This document shows, piece after piece, positions 38,741 to 49,820 of a stretch of 64,000 nt of DNA; the first letter of the stretch is position 1; every line of letters begins with the position of its first letter. Origin of the DNA: Lama glama (Eukaryota); contig CM052817.1 in assembly GCA_028534125.1 (NCBI GenBank), forward strand, positions 37,636,001 through 37,700,000. The letters are read 5' to 3'. Both the position numbers and the translations under genes were made by a program. The notes under the pieces are model-generated. The model saw nothing but the letters and a program-made list of their open reading frames with translations, did not search any database and was not told the origin of the DNA.

Positions 38741-39200
38741 CTGATCGCCCGGAGACCCGGTCCTGCTACAGAAGTGCGGGGCGAGGGCTGCGGGGACGCG
38801 GCGTCGGGGCGGGCCGCCGGCAGCAGCCGCGGGCGCCGAGAGCCACCACCTCTTCTTCCCCAAACGGCTGCGGGAGTGGGCCGAAGAATCTGGAGAAGGA
38901 GCCTGGGGAGGGGGAGAAGAGGAGCAGCATCTCCTCCTCCTCCACGCCTCGGAAACGCCCCTCCAGCGGCGACCCCGGCCGACCGCCTAACCCCCGAGCG
39001 CTAGCGCACCCTCTCCGCTCTCTGCTGCTCTGCGCGCCTCCACGGGCTTCGCCAAAACCCTCTGGCGCGGGGCGGCTCAACTCCTGCAGCCGGCTCCGAG
39101 GGCTGCCGAGGCGGACCGCGGAGCCAGGGAGTGCTGCTCGCCCGCACGACGGTCTCTAGGGGCCGGAATCATGGTGTGTCACCCTTGCCGCGCCGCGGCT
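38741..39200 (-). other. First exon (apparently 5' UTR) of an unidentified minus-strand gene; 5' boundary approximate
   Basis: Strong donor CAG|GTAAGG at the edge of the CpG island, with GC and CCAAT boxes just upstream on this strand; no ATG-initiated frame reaches the donor. Confidence 0.75.
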
Positions 39201-39599
39201 GCGAGAGCTACTCGTACCACTCCGGCTCCACCTAGGGCGGCCGCGCCGGCCCCGCCCCCGGTCCCGTCAATCAATCCTGTCCGGACTCCAGGAGGACTGC
39301 GAATCTCCGACCCCTCTGGCCCCTCCGCCTCATTGGCCCGACGGCCCTCTAGCCCCGCCCCCTCCCTAAGGACGTGGTCGCCGGGGAGACCGGCGCTCGG
39401 GTTCCCATGACAACCAGTGCCTTGGGCCTGGCTTTTCGCGTTCTTCTAGTTTGCCAGACGCTCAAGTTGATGGCCCGGCAGCAAAGTTCCTAGTCCCTGT
39501 GGCGTGGACTCGTAATTTTAGGCCAAGTTGAAAATGCAGCCGACCGCCCCCACACTTCCAACTTCGGAGACAGAACGTTCTGGCCCTGGGGAGTGTGAG

Positions 39600-39820
39600 G
39601 AAGAGTGAAAAATGCCTAACTGCTTGCTCTTCCCTTGTCAGTCTAAATAGCCCCTCCCCCCTCCGCCCTCCCTTGCCTCCAGCCTTGTTTCCATATTCTC
39701 ACCGGGCGGATTTCGGCTTTGAAAGGGTGAGGAGAAGAAGAATGAGAAAGAGCAGGGCAGAGCAACCTCCCCACAGCAATGTAGCAACTTGGAAATGGCG
39801 GGGTCAACGGAAACAGCTCG
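39600..39820 (+). ncRNA. Candidate first exon of a divergent plus-strand transcript (lncRNA or coding); start approximate
   Basis: Consensus donor TCG|GTGAGT at 39820/39821 on the outer flank of the CpG island. Confidence 0.45.
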
Positions 39821-41254
39821 GTGAGTTTTCCCACAGCTGTAAAGTGATCTTCAAAGGTGTGGTGGCAGTACTTGGTCAACCCTAAGTGCCCTCAGGAAAA
39901 CTCACATTGTCATATTTTTGAAGAAAAAAGTATGTAAATTCTTGTTATTTTCCTTCTGAGACTAAGGTAATCCTAAAGTTGAAAAATTTAAGTAAAAGGT
40001 TTAACATAGTCGAATAGAATAAAGAACATCCGTTTTTCTGTGTAGGCCTACACATTACAACTTGGCAAATGTATGTTCTAGCAGCTGTTACCCTCCTGCA
40101 AGCTGAAAGATTTGGGCTTCAACAATTCACAAGGAATCTTACTGAATTCATGAGCGAATGCTGTCTTGTCATTTGAGTTTCAGAAGTTTGGGTTTATTCT
40201 CAGGAGTATAAGGTAAACCTGGTATAAAGGAGACTTGGGGGTTAATTAGTCTTGGACCCTAGGTGAATCTAAACTTTATGGTTCCAAAATGGAGAGATCT
40301 GAGGCAAAGTTAAAGCTGCAATCCTGGGTTCCCTAGCCCCTGAGGCTGCTGTACACGCATGATGAATGAGGGAATTAATAGTAATGATTTACCTTTGGCA
40401 GCCCTTGAGTTTTCATTATCTCATTTACTAAATGAATAACTGCTCAGTGAAATATGCCTTGCAAATGTGCAGTGAATGTGATTACTCACAATGCTAAACA
40501 CAACACAAAATGCACAGCCGAATTTAAGATTAAGGGCCCTGCCCTCAAGGAGATAACCACAGAGCCTAAGAAGGAAAACTAGCATTCCTGAAACAATTTA
40601 AGATTATAGCTAGACTGTGCAGCCAAACCTTAAGTACAGTAGTCAATGAGAGAAAGTCTGTGGTATGTAGAATGGGCTGGATTAGTCAGATTAAGGAGGA
40701 GAGGAATTTAAATTGTGCTTTGAAGGGTAAAGGAGTAGGATGAATGAAGCAAAAATGAGGAAAGACGGTTGAAGGAAACATAAAACCGAACTGCAGCAGC
40801 AGGAGTAGAGTGGTGAAAGTACCAGCCCAGCTGAACTAGAGACAAAAGTGAAGAACTGGAGCCCTTTCCCCATTTTCTGAAATAGGAGTTTTTAAATATT
40901 CTGGTTTAAGCCTCAGGGTGGTAAGATAGGGAGAGGTAGTTTTGTGACAATAAAAACCTTCCTGGAGTATCTGCCTCCGTTTGCCACTGAAGGAAAGGTC
41001 ATGTATTTATTAGAAAGAAAAGCAATATCCATAATACTTGGCGTAACTTGTGAATGCATGTCAAAGAGAAGATATAAAGAGTATGGTGTTGGAAATTTTC
41101 GCAGAAGTCGACAAATCACAGTGTTGTGAGTTTTTTTCTTGCTTTCTTTATTTATTTTTTTTTTGTTTTAAGACCATTTCAGGTGGTTGCCCTCAAGGCT
41201 TTTTCACCAGTAATCCTTCTGTTTTGTATGAGCTGAAAGGCTGGTTTTAAAATA

Positions 41255-42330
41255 AATGGCTGTGATACCAAAACCTGATAAAGAGTACACAGAAGAAAAA
41301 TCTACAGGTAATCTCATTTTGGATATAATATAAAATTAAAACACAACATTACCAAATAGAATCTAGAACTACATTTTGAGTGATATGCCAAAGTTAAGAG
41401 GAATTATGCCAGCTATATAAGAATGACTCAACAATAAAAAATGTATTCATATAGTTGACTATATTAATAAGTCAAAGAAGAAAAGCTGTATGAGTGTCTC
41501 CATACTGAAAAGGAGTTTGTAAATTCCAGTATCATTCCTTAATACAAATTTTTAAAGAATATATTTTATACCAAAGCCAGAAACTTTATGTATAATGAAA
41601 CAGTATAATTATTCCCACTGAAGTCAGGAACAAAGCCAAGAATGCCCACCATCACACCATATAAGTAAATGATAGCCAATTAAATTAGATGTGGAAAAGA
41701 AATAAATACTGAAAATATCAGGATTGTCATTTGTTTGCAAATTATACAAAAACTCCAAGGATCAACTGAAAAACTTTTAGAAGCAATAAATGATGACTTA
41801 GGGTACCAGTAATAAAATCAAGAGCTTTCCCATGTATAAACCATAACCAGTTAGAAAATAAAATATAAACAAGTCCTATTTACAATAATCACAAAAATTA
41901 ATTAGGTAAAAATGCATACTAAGAGAAATTAATAAAACTTCAAAAATCTTAAACTTAAGAGACAAAAATGTTTGAACAAAGAAGCGATATACTTTTAGGT
42001 TAAATATGAAAATTGAAACACTATAAAATTATAATATTTTTAAAAAGTAATCTATATATCTGGTACAATTCTAACAAATGTCTAACAGAATACTTTTGGG
42101 AATTTAAAAAAATAATTTAAAATTTCATTTGGAAGATCAACCATTCAGAAATAACCAAAAAGATTCCAAAATGAGAATAAATGAGGAATTACACTAAACG
42201 ATATTAAAATAAATTATAAATCACAATGATTAACAGCAGATTTGATATCAGAGGAGGTATGATCTATGATCAAGTAGGTATAGTTACATGGTAAAAGACG
42301 AATGCACATCATTAAATATATGGTGTTAAG
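41255..42330 (+). mobile_element. Highly degraded old LINE-1 ORF2 region
   Basis: tgataccaaaacctgataaaga, attcccactgaagtcaggaacaa...gaatgcccaccatcac, aaatttcatttggaa motifs; resumes briefly after 43136. Confidence 0.65.
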
Positions 42331-43135
42331 TATGGAAGTTCCTTAAAAAACTAAAAACGTAATTACCATATAACCTAGCAATTCCACTCCTGAGTATATA
42401 TTCAGAAAAAAAAACACTGATCAAAAAGGTACACACTCCCCAATGTTCTTCATAGCAGCACTATTTACAATAGTCAAGACAGAAGCAACCCAAGTGCCAT
42501 CAACAGATGGTTGGGTTAAGAAGATGTGATCTATAGACATTTATACAGTGGAATATTAGTCAGCCATAAGAAAGAATGAAATACTGCCATCTGCAACAAC
42601 ATGGCTGGACCGAGAGAATATTATGCTTAGTGAAATAAGCCAGAGAAAGACATATACTGTATGATATCGCTTATATTTGGAATCTAAAAAGTAGTACAAA
42701 TGAATGTATATGCAAAATAGAAACAGACTCACAGATACAGAAAACAAACTTATGGTTACCAAAGGAGAGAGGGAAAGGGCAGAGGGACAAATTAGGGGTA
42801 TAGGATTAACAGATACAAACTATAATATATAAAATAGATAAGCAACAAAGATATACTGTATAGCACAGGGGATTATACCCATTATCTTGTAATAACCTAT
42901 AATGGAATATAATCTGCAAAAATACCAAATCACTGTGCTGTGTATCTGAAACTAACACTATTGTAAATTAACTACACTTCAATTTTTAAAAATAATAAAT
43001 AAATAATTTAAAAATTTCTGCTAATGCTAGTATATCACTTAAAATCATGAAATTCTCATCAGCAGGCATCTTACTTGCTCTGAATTATTACTGTGACTTA
43101 GTAATTAAAACAAGGCATTGAAAAAAAGAAATAAA
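42331..43135 (+). mobile_element. 5'-truncated LINE-1 with apparent 3' transduction (43015-43120)
   Basis: L1 3' end with A-rich tail to 43014, 106 bp of non-L1 sequence with ATTAAA, then a second A tail; 17-bp TSD (2 mismatches) at 42314-42330 and 43136-43152. Confidence 0.8.
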
Positions 43136-43239
43136 AAATAAATGGTGTTGAGAAACCTAGCCATTTCTTGTTTACCTTTTCAGACACACGCATATACGCA
43201 TACAGTTTTTCAAAGAAAAATTAGCTCATATACTGATCT

Positions 43240-44640
43240 AATACCTTGATTTTTTTTCACTTTATAATATCTGTTTGGTCTCTATTATCAGATCCTGTAA
43301 ATGAGCCTTCTTTTCTATGGCTGCATAATATTCTGTTGCTTTGGTGTATTGTAATTTATTCAACTCCTCTCTTTTTAATGGACACATAGGTTATTCCCAC
43401 ACTTTGGCTATTTTTCACTAGTTGAAATAGTTTTCTTTGTGCTTGGTCCTGTTTTACATGTGGAGTAGAACTGCAGGTTTAGCTTTTATAAGTATAAGTG
43501 CTTGATTAAAGTGTAGGCACATTTTACTTTTTGGTAGACAAAGCTGAGAAGTGGTACAAGTTACAGTCATCCCAGCACGTAGGAAAGTTTGATAGTGCTC
43601 TGTTTCTCCACACCCTCCCAGCACAGCATTATCAGACTTTTTTGACCTTTGCCAATCTAATAGGTACAAAATGCTATCACATTACAGGTTTAATTTCCAT
43701 TCTCTTATGAGCGTCTTTTTGTATGCCTATAAACCATTTTATTTTCTGTTACCAAAAGTATTCTCTTATGTTTCCTTCTAGAACTTTTATGGCTTTCACA
43801 TTTTATTCTCTAATCCATGTGGAATTTATTCTAGTGATAGCCAGAGTTACCCAGTTGTCATAAAACCTTTAAAGAATTTGTAAATTTTACTACATAAAAT
43901 ATAAAGCTTCTGAAGAGTAATAAAAATAACAATGAGTAAGAAATTAGAAAAGCAATGAATAATTGAAAATGAAACAACTGTATAAAGAAAAATTAAAACA
44001 AAAATGAGATGTTTATAACTATCAAATTGGAAAGATATTTTTAAAGACATATCTGGTATTGGTGAAAATATGTGAACTAGATCTCATCATTGTTGGTAGG
44101 ATTATAGGTTCGCTTATTCCATCTGGGAGTGCAGTTGCAAGTGTCCTTCATAAATATATAATGTTTATGTTCTTTAATTTACTCCATTTTGGAAATTTAT
44201 CCTATAGAAATATTTGCACACATGACCAGAGATATGATCAAGAATATTCTTTGCTATTAGTAGTCATAAATTTAAAAACAAAATAAATGTCCCTCATGGT
44301 GGAATGATTAAATTAACTCTGGTCACCCACATATATTACCTAGTGACAAAATCAAGTTACCATACAGCATGATCTAATTTCTTTTCAAAAGTACATGTAT
44401 CTATATATATAATATTTATACTGTTAACAATCGTTTCACTGAGGATTAGAAATACTGCATTTCTGAAATGTTTTTATTTAAAATCTTTACAACAAGCACA
44501 TTACTTTTGTGCAAAAGGTCAAAGATGTTAAAAAAGACAAACTTCCAGCTATAAAATAAATAAGTAATGGGGATGTAGTGTACGACATAGAGTCTATTAT
44601 AGTAATACTCTATTGTATGTATGACAGTTGCTGAGAGACA
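43240..44640. mobile_element. Cluster of degraded LINE-1 fragments in both orientations
   Basis: Antisense L1 motifs at ~43240-43860 (ttttgacctttgccaatctaataggt) and sense 3'-end motifs at ~43860-44640. Confidence 0.6.
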
Positions 44641-47600
44641 ACTGTTGGACAATGCTAATTCAGAAACTGGCATACCTGGTTTTTCTCTTAAAGAGTAAAT
44701 AAAAAATTATTTCTCTTCTGCCAGCTTCTGTTAAAAAGAAAGATCAACATAGATTATCACTAACAATAAAGAAATTAGATAGTAGGCCATAACACAAATT
44801 TAATTGGGCTCCCACATGGCCCATGAGGCTTAGAATGTTCATCACCTGGGGACTGTCCTGGTTTCGCACTATGAGGAACATTTTATGTGGGACCCATGCA
44901 TCACCCCATAATGGTTTCCTTGAGACTATTCCAAGTATGTATGTTTTGTGCGTCTAGGGAAAGCACCTATACATTTCAACAAATTCAGAAAGGGGTTTAT
45001 ATTGCTCCAAGATATTGAGATTGTGTGCTTTAAGTGCCAGTGATTTTAAAATACTGCCTTTCACCTCAAAGGTTGCAATGAATTCTAGGCTAATCTAAAT
45101 CTGTAAATAGCAGTGTTTTCCCAGCTGGCTTCTTATGTTCATCTCAATGTGAAATATTTGTATTCTGCTTTGTACCAACTATGTTAGTGTTTTTTTCTAC
45201 CTTTAAGCCCAGAAACATTTCCTTTCTTGCTTACGGAGTAGGGAATGTGATGGGAACTTTGCCCAGGTGAGAAGCAGAAGCAAGATAAGTAATCCACCAA
45301 AACATGAGCAGGTAATTGGAGCACAAACTCTGACAGTGCTTAAGGAAGACTTTGTGAGGCAGTACCAACTTCCAAGTGAACCAAGAATTAGCTAGGGAAA
45401 AAAATGCAGCGATGGAAACCAGATAGGACTACAATTACCCTCAGGTCCGTTGAATAAGCAGGTTATTTGGTAGTAGCTGAACTCTCTCTAAAATGTGAGA
45501 ATTCCCATAGAATGTAGAGTTACATGACAGCAATGGCAGAGGTAAGTCTGAACATTGGGAGGCAGCCTGCTAGCTCAGTATGATGAAAGAGCACAGCATT
45601 TGCACTCAAAGGACCTAAGTACGAATCTTGGCAAGTCAGCTAATTTCTTTGAGCATCATTTTCTTCCTTTATAAAGTGAAGAAAACGAGAACAGCTGATA
45701 CGTGTAACACATAATAGCCTGTAATATTCCTTCAGTATTCAACAGGATTGAATGAAATATGTGTATGAAAACTACTTGTAAACTTTAAAGCACTATTTTT
45801 AAAAAATCAGATGACAACAGCAACAACAAAAGCTGTACCGATTTTTTGAATAAGTGTCTTAGAATTAATGAGAAAGAAATTTTAAATAATCTCTTTTATT
45901 CTGAAGGGAAACTTCAGAAAAAATTTATTAGGTGCCAGGGCTAACTAGTCCTATGAAAGGTTAAAAGTCAGAAAAATTTAATTTTGGTGCTCCTGTAACT
46001 TCTACTTTTCGTTGCCAACCAGATTCTTAGCTCTTTTCCAATTTTCCCCTTCTGGCTCCAAACTGGCCAGGCCTTATTAGTTACTCTGATTAGGGCTGGC
46101 ACTGTTTCAGACTAAAAGCATTCACCTACTCCTGCTTGATTTGCCAGGTGCTTAGTGGCTCTACCTGAACCAAAAAATATTTCTCTCACCTGAATAGCTA
46201 CACTGGTAGTTCTCACTTTTAGTCACTGAAGAGTTAAACAGCAAGGTGTTAACTTTAGAAGGTTGAAGTTAAAAGTCGCTTTAGCTTCCAGCTTTCTCAC
46301 TCTGCACAATAGTGTGATTGATTTATCACATTAGGTGGTTGTCACTTTAAACCCTGAGGGTGAGAGATACTGGAGAGGTAAATTTTAATTAATGAAGGGG
46401 AGGCAGGGAGGAGGGAAAGCTAGTTTCGGTGTGAGTGGAAGAGAAAGCAAGAAAGAGGAATTTGGTGGTAAAGAGGTCTGTGGTATGAGGGTGACCATCA
46501 GGGCTCATGATACCAGGGGAGGGGACCAGAGGAGTATAGGTAATACTAAAGGGGTGTGGCACAGAAGTCAAACTGCCTAATTCACAATTTTTGCTAGGGC
46601 TGGTCCTGTCTCTGACTCATTTCTACTACTTGTCGTGGCAAGTTATGTAACCGCCTGTTCACTTCGGTTGAAAGGGAGTATGGCAAATAAGCATAACCCT
46701 TGTGCTCTTTGAAACTTAGCTGTGTTTGAACATACACAAAGTAATTTAATGTGACTATGCTGTCATTTAAATCTGACCTATAGGAACTTGCCTTAGGGTT
46801 CATGACTTAATCTTGATTTTTTTGTGTGTTCCCAGAAATGGAAACAAAATCAGCAGTTAAGCTTTGTAGTTTATGTTCTGTTTTAAATAGGGTGATTTCA
46901 CACCGTCTGCTGGGAGTGAACTGCTATGCAAGAAAGTTGATCATTAAAGGCTTTGTTGGGCAGAATTGGAATGTTTAATAAAACAGAGCATCAGTTTGTA
47001 AAACATTTCTTAAAAGCTGATTGCCTTGGTTTTTGCATTCTCCCCTGTAATATCTAGTAGAAAATTTAGGAGGAAAATGGTGTTATTTATGGAAACTAGT
47101 TATCAGTTTAGGGCCAAATCCATACTTACGATATCATATAAATGGGAGAAGTGTTGAACCTGCCACATTTCACAAGTATGTAAAGAGAAGAAATTTGTCT
47201 TAGAGAGTCCTTTAGTTCATCTAAAAAGTTAATAGTAGGGAACTGTAAAAAAAAAATACATATGTAACTTAGACATTTTATTTTTACTAAAAACCTATCA
47301 TTATACATTCATTAGCCAATCTTTCGATGCTGGGTTGAGGTCTTTTTGACCATGAATCTGCTGTTTAGAGTTCCAGGTTGTCTTGTTTACATAAACCGTT
47401 CCTAAATGCAAAATCTACAATTTCATGTTCTGTTTCTTGTTAAAGGAAATGTAGAACTTGAGGACACTTGTAAATAGTATAACTTTAGAGTACTTCTGTA
47501 TTTGTATAATATATTTCAATTTTCTTGTTTCTGGTAATTTGTGGCAGTAATTTATCTTTTCATAGCATTCAACTTCATTTTTGAAAAACAGTGGTAAACT

Positions 47601-48626
47601 ATACATGATATAAAATTTATCATTTTAACCATTTTAAAATTTCAACTTCATTTTCAATGGGGAAAATATCTTTTACACTTAATAAAGTGTATAAAAATTA
47701 AATTACCTAATTACATTAGCAAGAATAACACACATTATAAGTTTGGGAAACTAAAACAGTTGATTTTGATGTAAGCTTCATAAAGGCAGGATTTTTGTCT
47801 CTGGTATTCAGTGCTGTGGCCTGGAGCAGTGCCTGTCACATAGTAGACACTCAAACACTATTAAAGGAATGAATGAATGGGTCTTAGTAGTTACAACTCA
47901 GCTGGGGGAAGGATGACTATGCAGGTATATGCCATGACATAGCCCATTAGTAAACACTTATTAGTAAAACACTGTTTTGTAGAGGAAATGGAGAATATTA
48001 GTAAATCTAATGTTTGACTAAGTGGAGATCATTTATGGTGCTTCTATTTTATTTTGAAAAATCCCCATAAAGTGCTTAGCACAATATCTTATACACAATA
48101 AGTGTTCAGAAAATATTAATCTCTGTTGATTTTTGGTTGATATCTTTATTCTTATTACTCTACTGAGGGAGGGAGAAAGAAAAGGGGGAAGGGTAAATAG
48201 AAGAGATATTAACATTGCATATATACTTTTGGGGTATAGAGGGGAAAAGAGACTTTTCTACTCCCTCAGAACAGTTACTAAACTATACCGTTAGTGTGAA
48301 CTCAAAGAAGAATGATCTCTGTTGCCTTTGATCAGAGAATATACTCCAGTTACTCCGTTTTGAAGAGAATGCTTCATTGTAGTTTTAACGATCCTCCTTT
48401 CCCTCATCCAGTTCGTTTAATGGAAACGTCTTTTTGGTACCACCAATGGCAGTCTGAATTAGATGAAGAGTTAAAGTATCTGTTAGTTAAAAACAAATTA
48501 GCCAAAGATCACTCTCTTTAAAACTCTCACCATCTTGGGCTATGGACTGGATTCTAGTTACGTTAATGATACAAATTTAGCCCCTTCTGCTACCACAGAG
48601 CCTGTCGACTCCTGAAAACATCTTAC

Positions 48627-49050
48627 CTACTTCCCATATTTCCAGGATTCCCCAGGAGATAGTTCACAGTGCTCTGTAGTGTTTGTCTTTGTTCTTGTGC
48701 TCAAACCTTCTCCTGAAAGTCTTAAAGCCTGAACATCACTTGCAGCAGGGAGCTTGCCACTTCCACTGCTGCTGAGACCCTCCATAAGAGAATCAGTGCT
48801 GGTGTCAAAGAGGATTGTCTCAGTGCTCCCGAAGCTGCCCACCAATGAGTAACAGCGGGGCTGGGCTCAACGGCAGGAACCAGGCCACCACTGTCACCTG
48901 GTTCTTGCAGCAGCACTGCTTGTGTTCACTATATCACAATGTCTCTGATGCAATTAATTGTTCTTTGAGGATGGAGGTGAAGGGAGGTAATCCCCATGCT
49001 GTGCTTTCCCTGTACAGTCATCACCCTACGCAAACACAGACTCACACACA
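48627..49050 (-). other. Candidate upstream alternative exon of the minus-strand gene; 5' boundary unknown
   Basis: Strong donor TAG|GTAAGA at 48627/48626 at the end of a non-repetitive, relatively GC-rich block. Confidence 0.35.
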
Positions 49051-49319
49051 CTGCTCTTTCCCTTCAACGAAAAGTAAAAACACTTCTGTGCATAAACTCA
49101 TTCAGATAGACACTTTGAGGAATTACCAGCCCTCCCTTTCAGCAAACAGCCAGACTCTGATAATCAGAATATTGCAGGAGGCTGCAGTGAGGATCAGTAT
49201 CATTCTCTTTAAGATAAGAGCTGTCTTATAGTTAAAGCACAGTTACAGCCACAGTTTGGGGCATCTGACCATGTTTTTCTCGGTAGAATATGAACTCTTT
49301 GAGGGCAGGGCATCAGAAA

Positions 49320-49551
49320 GGCTATCGGCTCCAAGTAACAGAGTATCTGCTCAGAAGTGGCTTAAACAAAAAGGGTTCTTTTTCTTGCAAGAAACGAGGT
49401 GGTAGGCAGCTGCTTGTATGTCCAGGCTGGGTCACTGCAGTTCTCTTTGCTTTCCTCTTACAATCACAAGGTGATGCTGTAACTACAGATACCTGGTCCT
49501 CTTTCAAGGCCAGAGGAAGGATGGAAATGTGTGGGGCCAGCCTTGGCTGTT

Positions 49552-49603
<52 letters not shown>

Positions 49604-49820
49604 ACACACACACATACACACACATACAAAATTAAAAGCTTTTCCCAAAAGGCTTTGCTCCAGTATTCTTTCACCTGCGTATTATTGGCCAGAATTGTGT
49701 CCTCCTAAACTACAAGGAAAGCAGGGAAGCAAGTACTTAGCTCTTCTAGCCTCAAGAGAAGACAAGCATAGGAAACAGAGTTTGGAAATGGATGTTGGTT
49801 TATTAAGGCAATCATCAGTG
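49320..49820 (-). mobile_element. Ancient MaLR LTR (MLT1J/K-like) containing a microsatellite
   Basis: caagtaacagag...agtggcttaaacaaa and tattggccagaattgtgtc...ctacaaggaaagcagggaag motifs. Confidence 0.55.
49554..49628. repeat. Compound microsatellite (AT)23 followed by imperfect (CA)n
   Basis: Read directly. Confidence 0.95.

Larger units (their letters stand above)
38740..39830. promoter_or_regulatory. CpG-island promoter, probably bidirectional
   Basis: The only GC- and CpG-dense region in the window. GC boxes at ~39248-39259 and 39351-39361, ATTGG (reverse CCAAT) at 39332-39336, X-box-like GTTCCCATGACAAC at 39401-39414, YY1-like AAATGGCG at 39793-39800. Confidence 0.85.

Noticed and set aside
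1483..39200. Assigning a gene symbol to the minus-strand gene
   Set aside because: Only leader-type exons are in view and I do not recognise their sequence; exon and intron sizes alone are not diagnostic
38627..39410. Plus-strand Pro/Arg/Ala-rich ORFs in the CpG island
   Set aside because: Expected from stop-codon scarcity in GC-rich DNA; no recognisable protein similarity
41014..41125. Plus-strand exon continuing the MAGSTETA frame
   Set aside because: A donor-like GTGAGT is present, but the acceptor is weak and the joined frame stops after about 13 codons
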